NCBI GenBank assembly: GCA_905331295.1
Contig: CAJNYD010000432.1
Coordinates: forward strand, 1-64,000
DNA: 64,000 bases
Reading direction: 5' to 3'
Source of the DNA: Rotaria socialis
Lineage: Eukaryota
In this document: positions 13,160 to 26,765 of the stretch, piece by piece
Numbering within the stretch: position 1 is the stretch's first letter
How the letters are laid out: every line of letters starts with the position of its first letter
Notes under the pieces: model-generated
Databases searched by the model: none
The model's input: the letters and a program-made list of their open reading frames with translations, nothing else
Told to the model about the DNA's origin: nothing
Made by a program: the position numbers and the translations under genes

Positions 13160-15042
13160 ATTCTAAGTATGACTTTTTTAAATTGAATTGAATAAAATAT
13201 TTCATGAGTAGAAGAGGATTAGTTGAATATTAGAAAATTTTTTAAAGTTGAAAATGAACATTTATTGTCAGATGAAAAATAAATTCTAAGATCTATTTTT
13301 ATCAACAACAAAAAAACTGTGTCGAGACAAAATGGTGAATGAATGACTGTTGATAATATTAAGGGATTGATAACATTGAAGTGATGATTTTATTAATTTT
13401 GAAATATCTTCTAATTTCTGTCGAGTGTGTCGTCTATTACGAGATTATCTTTTTTTTTTATAGTTTTATCACATTCTCTTTAGACTAAACAACGTAGTAG
13501 GCTATGACAATAGTTCTATTGTTATCTTTCAAAAATTCAATCTGCTTTTTTTTATCGTCTTGATGAATCGAAAGTAACCATTAATTGATTTTCATTTTTA
13601 AACTAAGTATTTATCCTCTCCAAGAAAGTTTCATGACTGCATTCAATGTAAAAATGAATTGCATGTAGTGAAATCGTAAAACGAAGAATATCACAAAAAT
13701 TATTTTGTAATATTTCTCAAGAGAAGTTTTAGGCTTAGAAGTCAATGAATTATATAGCTAATTCTATATTTGGCTTGCTTATTCGCGTAAAACTCTTGTT
13801 GATTGGTTTGAGTTGAGTGTTAACACATAGTGTTCATATCGAGCTTATTCAATTATGTTCCCAACCTACATAGTCGTCTTGCTCGCATCAGAAACTCCTA
13901 AAACAACAACAACAACAACAATGCGCTTGATTGAGTTTCTCTTTCATCAAAGTAAAAGTTAATCAACGCGAAAAGCAGATCATTTTTTCTGCCGTAATCG
14001 ATAAAACCAAGCCGCATATTCTAATTCTTTATATTGTATAAACCTCATCTGGTCCATCAATAATTTCAGTAAATTTTTTTTTTTCGTCAAATGTATTTAT
14101 TTATTAGTATAATAGATTTTGAGAGAACATAGGCGAAAAAAAACAAACGAGGAAAATTAAGTGCCACTTAAAAAAAGACCAACGCAATAGGGTCATAGAA
14201 GATACAGATATACACACGCAGACACGCAAAAAATGGTTTATTTATTTGGTTCTATACATAGCGCAAAAACGATTATTTATTTTTTCATCACCATCGATTT
14301 CTTTCTTTTAAAATTTTAGTCAAAACATTTATATGCAGACATAAATGTGAAAATTTTCATTCACAACAAATCAATCTATTCTTTTTGTTTGCAAATAGTT
14401 CTTAAATCTCGTTTTCTTATTCTATAGCAGCGCAAAAAAAGAGACAAAAAACGAATTGAATCAGGAAGAAATTTAGAGCAAGAAAAAAATCAAGAGAAAT
14501 TAAATGAATTGATATACACACCACAACCATACACAAAGATATATGTATATATATATATATATATATAGCTAAAAGCATCACACACATACACTACAAGAAG
14601 ACAAAAAAGAAAAATTTATATTATATTTATTTTTGGTGCGAGAAAAGAAAAAAAACTTATATTGCACAGGTTAGCAATAGTAGATCTCGTTTTCGTTCGT
14701 TCATTTGTTTTGTCGATATGAAGCTCGGCCATCAAATAAGAGTACAGATCATACAAGAAACAAAGACAAAAAAATCAGGCAAAAGACAAATAAAAAAATT
14801 GGATGGTGTACCGGGAGGGAATTCTCAGTGTAGCATTTTGATGGAAAGAAAAACAAATATAGATTAAACAGAAATTTAGTCGACATAAAGATAGATACAC
14901 ATTAATGAAAGAGCGTGAAATGTAAATATACACGATTTTAATGAGACGAAAAGGACACAGTTTTTATCATTTCACTGACTTTGTTTTGGCCGACAGAGAG
15001 GGAGAAAAGAAGAAATATAAGAAATTTGTGCTAATCTGTTGA

Positions 15043-18000
15043 TTACATGTACGGTCGATGACCACCACCACCACCACCGCCGCCACCTCCACCGCCACCA
15101 CCAAATGATGGATGAGGAAGTGGTGGAGCTTTTGATATACCTCGATATTGTTGTTGTTTAGCCCAATCATTCATTGGTGGTTGAAATCCTTGTTGTTCGT
15201 GCATCGATGCTTGCTGCCATGGTGGCCGATTTGATTGCACTGGACGTTGATATTGATGCATTAATTGAGGATTTGAAAAAGCACTAGATTAAAATAGAAG
15301 CAATTGTCTAACTTATCATCCAGATTGAACGTCCACGCGAAATCAAAAATATATTTATATATTGCTCAGTATCTCTATGATGTATGTGTCATTTCATGTT
15401 TCATCAATAAACAATTTAATCGTGTAATCTATTTATCTATCATTTGAATAAACAAGTCTACATGACACAGGAAGTAAAGAAAAAATGTCAATCTTAGAGA
15501 TTTTTCTTTTTTTCAAAGATGTGTGAGATTGTCATTGGAGTGACCTATTCAAATCAAAATAATTATTTGTTCATTTAGCCAGACAATCTTTTCGTAGAAT
15601 ATTCTGTTCAACTAAAATTTAAATGAATTGATAGGGTCAATGATTTACGCAAGATTCTTAATTTCATGTTACGAGTGGAAAGAGTGAATCTTTTCATTTT
15701 ATTTAAATACAATATTTTTTGGTAACCATCTATTAATCCCATGAAAATACGCATAACTAAGCTGTAAGAACCAATGATGCGGAATCTTTGAAGTTTGTTG
15801 TAGTTACATCGGCCGCATAGAATCTCAAACAGCATTTTATAACTTTTGCATACAGTAATTTGTTACTTATAACGAAAGTCACGGTCACTCATTAGCAATG
15901 CACGACTCAACACATTGAATCAAATTAAATTTAATGCTTTTCAAAAGCATATTCTCTAATCCTATAACAATGTTACTATTAGTCGCTTACAATAATCTCG
16001 ACAAAACTATATAAATCTAGCTATATAATGAAATGCATGCAAAATATTTGAGTTTCTTTTTGTCTAGTCGCTCGGTCGGCTACATAGAATTCATTGATTA
16101 TTTGTCGATCGGTCCTCAAAGAGTCGTTCGGTTTATTGTAAAGTTGAAGGATTCAGATGTAGAGAAAATCATTTACCGTTCAACTCCTCCGACATTGAGA
16201 TTATTCATCATTGATCCTGATCCTTTAGGACCAATTGTTAATGAACTCGGTGTAACATGTGGATCATCTTCGGCATTCGGTAAAGATGATTTCCAGTTCC
16301 ATAATTGGCCAGGAACAAATGGTGGTGGTCCATCAATGTCTTCAACAATATTTGAAAATGGATCTGAATATGTTGCTGATGATGCTTGATTATTATGTAA
16401 ATGAGGATCGATGTTACCCATTTGATTATTATTATTATTATTATTTGATTCATTTGTTTGAGGATGATCCCAATTTTCATTCGGATCATTATTATCTGTT
16501 TGCCAATCTTTTTGCGTTAAGCCTGGTGGCGGGAACATTGATGCTCGTTGTCCTCCTATTGCTGATTGTTTTGTCCATTGAGTTAAACGCGATTGATCGG
16601 TATTTTGTACTACTGTTGGTCCATTTGACATCATTTGTGCTGGTGTTGGTGTTGGATTCGCCGATTGCTGTTTCAGTTTTGTATGTGCATCTTGTATTTC
16701 TTTTTGAACAATCAACATTTCTTGTTTCTTCTGCGCGATTAATTTTGATAAACATTCATATTCGTTTTGTAATAATGGTAATGGAAAACCTGGTTTATTT
16801 TTACTTAATTCCGATAATTGAATGGATAATTGTTGAAATTTTTGTTGGAGTTCGAATAGTTTTTGGAGGAGCTGAAGTGAAAGAAAAGATAGAATGTTTG
16901 TTAATATAGCTAATACTTGTAAAATGAAAAATATTCTCTTTATTCTGAGACATATACATTTCTTTATTTGGTTTTTACAGGCTATCTGTGACAACGATGT
17001 TTAAAACTATTCGACGAGCTCATCTACCGAAACAAGGTTGTTACTTATGAAAATCTATCACTATCGCTAGGAAAGTGATGTCCTACTCTTTAAACTTTTA
17101 TTCTTTTCTTGAGATTTCTTTGTTTTCGTTCAAAGCGCCCTATGAATATTAGAGATAAAAGCAAAAACAAAAAGTTTACTTGTAACATATAAGGTGGCAA
17201 TTTTGTATTGAGCAAATCTTGACTAATTAAACCAGCTTGTACAGCAAGACGAAATTGTTGCATGATTTGAGCATGCACTGCACCGTTATTATTATTTCCA
17301 TTGCCTGCTGATTGTTGTTGCGTTGGAGTTGGTGTTTGAGATGGTTGATTTGGAATATTACTGTGTTTACCAGTTAACGGAACGTACGGTGGTTGATTTA
17401 GTACAGGTGATGATATCGGTAATTTAGGTGATAAATGACTACTTTGACCGATGATAGGACCGGGCGGTGTTGATAAACCACCATTAGAATTGATTGGCCG
17501 AAGAATATTGCCTGACTGTGGAGGATAAAGTGGATTTGGCCGTGGTGGAAATGAATGATGAGATGACGGTAGAATTCCACTCATGCCCATCATTGAATTT
17601 TTCAGATCAGTATTTTGACGATATGGATTATTCATTTGTTGATTATCAAAATTAGGCATTCGCATATCATGAGGATTTTCATTGAGATCATATTCATTCA
17701 TAAAACGATTACGAGCTATGGGTAATTGTCCTGGCATACCACTGGCAGATGGTTGAACCCAATCACTTGTATCAATTTGACCATCGTACGGATCGAATGG
17801 CGCTTTTTGTTGTGGACGTGATACATCCCATTGACTTGTATCAACAAGTCCATCACCATACCAATCTTCTGATGGGCCGTGAGGATTCCAATTAGATTGT
17901 TGTGCACGATAATTATGTTGTTGAGATGGATTTGTTTGTTCGACATTTTGCGGTGCTACTGCTGCTGGTGTATCATTCCATTGTGATGATGGTTGTTGAA

Positions 18001-21000
18001 CAATTGTTGGCGATTGTTGTTTAGGCCAATTTTCATCATTGAGCACCATTTGAGATGAAGATGATGATGAAGTATTCGTTGTTGAAACTTGTTTTTGAAC
18101 GATCGGTTGAGATAAAACTGTATTTGTTGAATTTGTTAATGCTGCTTTTGTTCCATTGGTCCATTTTTTGACAGGTACTGACATTGATTCCATTGGATCG
18201 CCCCATATGGATGTGCCATCGTCAAAATTCGGACGTTTTAAAACATTTATATCAGGTTCATCCCATCCTAATTGTTCAACCAGTTTTGGTTGCGGTACAT
18301 AATTGATTATTGCATCACCATTTCCACTCAAATGATCAAGATTATTATTTCCACTAAGTGTAATAGCTGATTTCAATGCACCTGTAAGTGAAGCAGCAAT
18401 CGATGAAGCTTTATGTTTTGAAGTATTATTTGTTGTCAATGTAAGCGGATCGGTAGAATTACTTGATGGATCTTGCCATGTTGTCGATGAACTACAATTA
18501 AGTTTAAAAAAAAACTTATTGTTTTATTTTTAAAACGGACAAACACATATTATGATCGGTCTAGTCAATTTAAATGCATTATGATTTTGCAAAGATTCTT
18601 TTGGAAAATATGTTCTCAAATGATTGTTTGAAGTACACAGATTTCTGTAAAAAAAACAGTTATCTACGATTTTGTTCCCTGTTGTATACGCTTCGGTGTA
18701 AGTTTTTAAGAATAGCACAGCACAATGTTTTTATAGGTTTGAACTAGCCTACATGTTAGGAAGCCTCTCGAGAATATTAGTTTAGTTTGTTGTTTTTCGA
18801 AAGCATGTTTTGAGTAGTTATGCATAGAAAATTAAAATGTCAGTACGTCCTCAAAAACAAAAGTGACATTGAAAATGTGTCTGTCTTCACGCAAGAAATA
18901 GACTTCAGCAGATTTCTTTCTACAAAATTCAACTCCGTATTTTTAACAAAAGACTAGTGACAAAAAGCAATGTTGAGAATCTCATGATTACTTAAACTGA
19001 CATTCAGACATGAATATTCTTCTATTGAAGATCTGATTATAAGAAAGTGATTGAAAAATTGGCTTTCTAAGTCTATGCAATATTGTGACGTTTGCAATGA
19101 AACACTTATCGAAAAATTCTCTAGAGAAATATATAACCTTTACTTGAAAATAATATAAAATACTGGTTGCAACTCAATATTTTCGAATTTCACTAGACGC
19201 TTTTAAAAAGGTAAAAAAAATGGCATACACGCTTTGTCAAGTGACTTTTTGAAACGTTCTTAATGAATAGATGAAATTTTTACTTGATCTGCGAACGATT
19301 AAATTCTTGTTTGGAAAGACAAAAGGATCTATATGAATTTTTCTTGTAGAAATCTATTAGAGAATTTCTGGTAATAAAAATTTTGTATGGCAGATCTAAA
19401 TCAGAAGATTTCAATATTGAAGCGAGCGATAGGAACATTTATTATCAAAGCAAATTTTTTTACTTAGATTAAATGAAATATTAGTTCAATCTGCGATTGA
19501 CTTATTTTGCATTTATATTTCATTAATTCAACGATCAAAATCCTCAAGAGATTCAATTAAGATAAATCCATTTGCTCAAATGAGAAGAAAATTAATATTC
19601 TCGAAAGAAAAGAAAACAGGAGTGCCTTTTAGCATGCGGCGTTGTTTACTGGCAGTTTCAGAAACCTAATATCTTCTCGACAGCTAATATGTGCTGTATC
19701 TCTAGATAAAAGGTTAGCCTGATGGAGCGTTCGTGTCCTCAATTATTTGAATTCTGTATAGATAATAATTAATCACAACAGCAGATATGAATCCGAATGT
19801 ACTTAGCATACCATCATACGATGGATCAGAGATAAATAATTGTTAGTGACTTCTTCAGTGTTATTCTATGGTTAGTGGCACTTAAATTTGCACACAGTAT
19901 CTCGTAGGTAGGTGTCGAACAAGATAGCTTGCGTACTATGTCGTTCAGTTCATTATTTTGAATTTTAAAATCGTTTTGCAAACAAAAAAATGAATAATAT
20001 TTGCACATCAAACTACCGTTTGAGAACTCAAGTCTGTTTAAGACCAGAGTGACATAGCAAACTATCCATCGGCTACTGGTATTATCCAACATAGTTATCG
20101 AGACGTAAAATATAAAGGTAGACTATCTGCTTTGCTTACTTATTGTTGTCGTTATTCTGTTGCGGCAAATTAAATGTATTAGTTGATGTATTAGCTCCAT
20201 AGAAATTGTTCATTTCTGGCCATTGATTGCTATTTGGATTTGATCTGGACGGATTAGTATTTGTTTGCTGCTGTGGCTGTTGTTGAAAACTTGACCAACC
20301 ATTAGCAGTTGAATTATTTGTTGTCACCGGTTTATTCCAATCTGAAGTTGGACTCGATGATTCAAGTCGTTCAAAGCCTAAACAACAAGAAATATTCACA
20401 AAATAAAATAAAAACTAATTATTTGAATAGTAAACAAGCATAATAAGCCTAGTGAACGATCATACCATCACCACCTGTTTGTGTATTATCATTGGATTGT
20501 TGTAATGATTTTGATGGTTGCCTTTGTGAATTATCATCATTCATCATCCATGATGAGGTTTGATTAAAATTTAAAGGCCAATTCATTTGAGATTGTGTTT
20601 GATCATAAAAATTAGACATAAAACCAGAGCGTGGTCCTGGTGGATTTGATGTACCACTGACTGATGGTGAAATATTTTTTGTTGCTGCTGAATGTTGAGA
20701 AGAAGCTGATGTGGATGATGATGGAGAATTATGCCCACCAGCATTATTATTATTGTTGTTGTTGCCAGTTGTCGTTGATGTATTGGACGGTGCGTTTGGA
20801 TTTGAATTGAGAATTTGTGCCCAAGTTGGTTTGGCTGGTGATGGTTGAGTCAATGGTTCATTGCTACCAACATTACCTCCGCCACCTAGTTTTAGATAAA
20901 CAAGAAGAAGGTCGTGTGCTTTATAAAAAAAAAAAAGATAAGCAAGTAATGTGCCCAAAAGAAAACTAAATTTTTATGTCAACAATCTGTGGCAGACAAA

Positions 21001-21074
21001 AAAATAACAATGTTCTCACCATATAATGCAGAAGACGACGAGCCGGTCGGAGATGGATGGCTCTCGTTACTCAT
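15043..21074 (-). CDS. GW182: GW182/TNRC6/gawky-family miRNA silencing protein (6 exons: 21074-21020, 20885-20466, 20377-20140, 18491-17180, 16871-16177, 15283-15043; 986 aa)
   Basis: Ago-hook-like LGWDEPDINVLKRPNFDDGTSIWGDP; M-domain-like QFRLAVQAGLISQDLLNTKLPPYMLQLLQKL; Q-rich coiled coil; PAM2-like PPPFVPGQLW...EDDPHVTPSS; many Trp residues in S/N/T low-complexity sequence. All introns GT-AG and phase-consistent, total 2961 nt. Confidence 0.85.
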
Positions 21075-23004
21075 GGTCACAGACACTTTAGAAATACTTT
21101 ATGTGTTTGTGACTTTATTGAAAAAAAAAGAAACAAGATCTATAATAAAATGACAATAAACAAGAGATGATGAGATGTTCTTTTTTTCTTGTGACTAGCG
21201 GCCATTTCTGATGAACTTTTAGAGGAAAACAAAGAATGTCATATGTGTAATCTTATAACATAATGCATTAATGAGCTGAAGCAATCGTGATGTAAGAAAA
21301 TAAATACAAAATTATTCTATTTCAAATATTTTTATTATTTCCTTTTTATTTTGTTTGCTGACAAAGTATTTCAAAATAATATCAAACGATTACTAACGAC
21401 ATCTACTGATCTTAATCAGGATCTTTTTTTAAAACACTATATCTGAGATCTTGAAACAAAAAGTTACCAGTGCATCTTGATTTGCACAATTTTGGAATCG
21501 AATAATTCTTTTAAATCTCATGCAAATTAAATCCTACAGTTGTCTATAATTATGTCAGCATCGTCAAAAAAGAGAAAACAAATTGAATTTTTTCTTTTCA
21601 ACACAACATCTATGTACTGCGATTGTTTCTTTCTCCTTTCTCTCGCTAGAGAAAATCCGTGTTGAATGATTAATTACAGTTGTACGCTATTTGAATTTGA
21701 TCTTCATGCCAATTGAAATCATTAGCAAGGTGACCGGCATTCTATGATTAAAAAGAAAAATACGACTCTTTCGATCGAATAAGTGCACTTTTATAATATA
21801 CATACACATGCACTTGATCTCTTCTTTTTTTAAATTTATTTTCTATCCCAATCGAAAGAAACTAGAGTCGTACAAATATTTTTGTCTTTCAACCATATTG
21901 TTAAATCTATGCATGTATGTAAATAGATAGATTGATTAGGCGGCTGGCTCATGTGAACCACAGGTAAATAAAAAATAATCCTGCGCGCCTGTCGATCATC
22001 TCACTTTTGTTATGACGTCATCGTCATTTATCTTGTTCTGTGTCGGCTTTTTGTCTTCATTTGACCTAATATATATATATATAAATATAAAATCGCCTTC
22101 TATGCTTGTGTTTAACAGTAAAGGAATGAAGTGCTAGACACTTAGAAAGCAGCTGCTTGTTCTCATCCATTTATAAATGGTCAAAAAAAAAAGAAAGTGA
22201 AGAACAGATGTGACTACAAGATGAATTAGTAAGCAAAATGCCTAGTTATTTCTACTATCTTCGCTGTTTTTAGATGCTTGTTTATCTATATTGTTATTGT
22301 CAAACATAATTCACATTTTTTTCATTTTAAGTAAGCATCTATTTTGTATATATCCTTGATTGAATATGAAAGACAAGTCATTAACAATATACAATACATA
22401 TATGTTATGTCTATCTGTCTGCTCATCATTCATTGAACAATTAGTCTGAAACGGCAACTCATTATCATTGTTCGTTCTAGTCTGTCTGTCGGCTCGTTCT
22501 CAATGTATTCAGGTGTACGTATATCGATGTGCATTCACGTGTGTGATATGTCTCTTATATGATACGTACATTGATTTAAGAGGTGTTCATCGATTTCATT
22601 CATTTGATAGATAAAGACACGAGACTAGCCTTGACATTTTTTGAAATATGTATATGATTATAAAGGTGAATATCTTGATCATGAATGTTTGATAGTGCTT
22701 TACTTATCATTCAATCTTTACTGTTATTATTACTGAAAGCTTCACTTATCCAAGAACGATGTAAAAAAAGAAGAAACCGAAGAGATGTAAAGATACATAG
22801 ATGCATCTTTACATGTTATCAAAAAAGAAGTACAAGAGTATGTTTTCTAATTATCAAAATACGAGCTACATGTATTTTTCTTTTTCCTCACTCTCTCTCT
22901 CTCTCTCTCTCGTTCGTTTTCTTCTTATTATTACTATGTAATTTGATCGGTAATGTTTCTCTGCTGTGCTGTCCCTTGAAATTTGAGAATTATAGAATGG
23001 GCCT

Positions 23005-23035
<31 letters not shown>

Positions 23036-23372
23036 AACAGAAGAACGAACGATTAAATGATTGGTGAGGGTCAATATAACAGAAGTCTACCGTATGTTCA
23101 TCAACAATATCTGTACAGACTTGTGAATAGCAAAAGAGACAAGAACGAGGAAAAAAGAAGAAGGCGAGAAAAAGGAACGAAAGAAAAATAATTGTAGAGC
23201 AGTTATAGCAACTACTACGACGACTACAAAGAGTAGAACAGATCACATAGAGTAAGTTTAATATAAATGACCTATAGTTGAAGGCAATGTTAATAATAAT
23301 AATTATATTTCAATAACCTCATATTTAACATTTTCTTTTATAGATAAATATTCTCTTTTACTTAATTAAGAT

Positions 23373-23433
23373 ATGATGCTTAACATAAGTAACATTACAC
23401 ATTCAATTCTCATGGAAGAAATTGACAATTTTA

Positions 23434-23472
<39 letters not shown>

Positions 23473-26400
23473 GTTTATGTTTGAATGACTTATCATGTCA
23501 CAATGATGATATTATTATAAATGGATCTCTACGTTATGCCGTATATGATACAGCTTTATTCGACGTACTAAAAGTTGATCCTGAAGACTTTGCTGTAAGT
23601 AATTTTTATCGTACTGAACTGAAAAGACACCGACAAATATAAGACAACGTAAAAGCTTTTTATTTTCTTGTTTTGTTGACAGACGAGTGATTGAGCAAAC
23701 TTTAGAGCATACATAATCCCTATCCTGTTTTGTGCTATCTTGATTGCTGAACACCACCAACACTATATGTCATGTGTATTTTTGTTTGAAAGATAAGTTT
23801 AGTATATAGACAATACATGTATGTGAACGATTGATAACAACTAAACTAAGACGATATGCAAATGAGCAAAAGATAAGGATAAAATAACTTCTTGATTGTT
23901 ATTCCTTGAGGGCTGTAAAGTCTGCTAATTAATCGATAAAGTTCATTGAACAGAAATAAAATGATTTCATTCGTTTCAATTCTAGTCACAAATTACATTA
24001 ATGGACCTTCCAGTATTCAAATCAATAAATCCAGATGTACGTTGTTCAATTAATGAAACATAAAACAGAAACAATAAAAAAAAATCACGCTTTCTTTTTG
24101 TCTAGGAATTAATCAGCTGTAGTTGGAGTTCAAAATCTAAACTAGAAAAAGCTTTTCATATAGTTCAATTTACTCGTCGATTTAATCAAGTATTTAACTA
24201 TTTTAATGCAATATCATATTTCATTTTTTTTTCCAAAAAAAGGTTAATTTTTGGGTACAAGGCGAATTATTACGTGCTGATATAATTAAAAATCGTATTG
24301 AAATTCTATCACATTTTATTCGAGTTGCCAAAGTAAAAAGAACAATTCGGCATGGATTTTGTATAAAAATAGAAAAATCATTTTTTCATTTAAGAAACTT
24401 TTCGATTTCAATAATATTAATGCATGTATGGCTGTTGTTATGGCTTTACAAAGTGCACCTATTTATCGATTAGAAAAAACCTGGATGGTAATATTTCATT
24501 TTATTTTAACTTGAAAATGAATTTCAATTTTTAGGGACTCAGTAAAAGAGATCGTACAACATTTTCAAATCTAAAAGAATTGGTATCATCTAATGAAAAT
24601 TGGAAACGATTGAGACATCATTTAACTAATACAAAATTACCATGTATACCCTATCTTGGTAAGAGAAAACTACAGAATAAATATTTATTTTTTTTTTTAA
24701 TTTAAAAAAATTCTAATTAAAGGTATTTATTTAACTGATATCATTCGTATTGATACTCTTCATCCACATCGAGGTGGACTTGAAACGAATCAACGTAAAA
24801 ACGCTATGAATAATATTTGTCGTGTTATATCAGAATTTCAACAATCAACTTATGGTTAGTTTTAGTTTCATTTTTTCTTTAAAATTTTTGAATCTTTTGT
24901 AATAAGAAAATAATTTATTTCACTATAGAATTTCTTAAACCAATTGAATGCGTACAAAATTATCTTGCGTCTGTACGATATATGGAAGAATTACAAACAT
25001 TTGTTGAAGATCAAAATTTTAAACAATCATTAATAATTGAATCTGACGATCAGCACGATTCATGTTGTGAAAAACAAGCGAAAAATTTAGAAAAGTCGTC
25101 TTCATTCAAAGTTTTACACGTCGATACGCCGTCAATTTGTTCACACCGACGAACATTAAGTGATTATAATCAGTAAGAGAACATTGATTATTATAAATAA
25201 GATCTTGAATTATAATTATTGTTTTTAGTTCGAATTATTTTTTATCTTCTAATAAATCTGCCACATTACCTTGTCGAACAAATGGAAATAAAAGTCTGTT
25301 AGATGACAGTGTACTTGGAGATCCTGTCAGCGAAGAAACTTCATCTAGTAAGTTAAGAAAAAAGTTTCATAGGTCTAGTATTGTATAAAGGTTTCAAATC
25401 GTTATCAGCACATATTGATTCAAAAATTAGTCGTCGCTAATCTTTTTGTTTTCATTTAGTGATTTTCAGTTTGTCATCGATTACAATCGACAATAAGATT
25501 GTACCCTACCACAGAAGATTAGATCCTTTTTGGATCGAAGTCCAATCGCATTTCACTTTAGTAAAACTCACACGAGTATTTCACATTCGATGATTAATAA
25601 TAAAAAAAAACAAGACATACCATTGTATTAAATTCGATATAAAATATAATGATAATTTGCTCACGTGCTGCTTGTTTTCAATAATGACGTACAAGAAGAT
25701 TGATTAATAAATAGTAAAATTCTAATGAAAACATCTTGAATTCGAGAAAATATTTCAGTAATATGTTTAGCATTTGTTTCTGTGAAAAATTAAGAAACTC
25801 AATCGAATTCGAAGACTTGATCAATCTATTGTACCAATACTTGTCATAAACACTATTTGATTGCTCGTGTCTTACATAAATAATATCACTATGTATTAAC
25901 CTGAAAGCAAGGCCATTCTATTGATATAATTTTATTATATTCAATTGACATTTACATATTATTAATGTTCCATTATAAATCACTTAGAACAATTATAAAC
26001 TAAACATTTTAAGTATTTAACACTTCATTTTACCTTTTCAACCTTCTCATTTCAGGTAATGAATCATGTGAAGAAGTTATTCTTAAAGCAAAAGAATATA
26101 TTAAAACAAATAATAAAAATCATCATATCATTCAAGGAATATCTTTATCATTATCATCATTATCAATGAAAGTACCATTAAATCCATATAATGATTCATT
26201 AATACCAGCAAATTATAATTTTGAAGGTTTAGTAGAACGTAGATGTCTTTTGAAAAATTTCAAAGAACCAAACATATCAAAATGGAAAAAATATTGGGTT
26301 GCCATTTGTGAACATTTACTTTTTTTTCATAAACAAAGATCGTTTTTAATAACGTTACCTATGCGTTTAAGTCGACAAACATCGTTGAAAAAGAATGATA

Positions 26401-26765
26401 ATATATCAATTGCACAGTCGAAATTATCAAATATGAATATAACATTAACAGAAACAGATCGTTTATATTATCGACAGAATCCGTCAAAATGTCAATCGAT
26501 TACAGATTGGCTTATTGTACTTAGTCAAACAAAAAATCGAAATGAAATTCAATTGAGCGATTTGACTAGAGGTGAAACATTGTATTTATTTATAAAAATA
26601 AAATAAAATAAAACATATTCATTTCCTTTATTCGCAGGATCCATGTATAAATTCAAATTTGAGAATGCAGCTATTGCAAATATTTGGTTTCAACGTTTAA
26701 AAGAAGCAACACTATTTAAACAAACAAATGGTCAATTATCAGAAAATTTAATTGCATTAGATTAA
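23373..26765 (+). CDS. RALGPS: RalGPS-type Ras-family GEF (CDC25 domain + C-terminal PH), about 11 exons
   Basis: Spliced reading: [32 protein letters not shown]...[12 protein letters not shown]...[10 protein letters not shown]...[14 protein letters not shown]...PCIPYLGIYLTD...[31 protein letters not shown] domain EG..RR..WKKYWV; ends ENLIALD*. No REM domain, as expected for RalGPS. Confidence 0.88.

Noticed and set aside
16033..16909. Plus-strand ORFs of 118 and 216 aa
   Set aside because: Antisense to GW182 exon 5, with no independent motifs.
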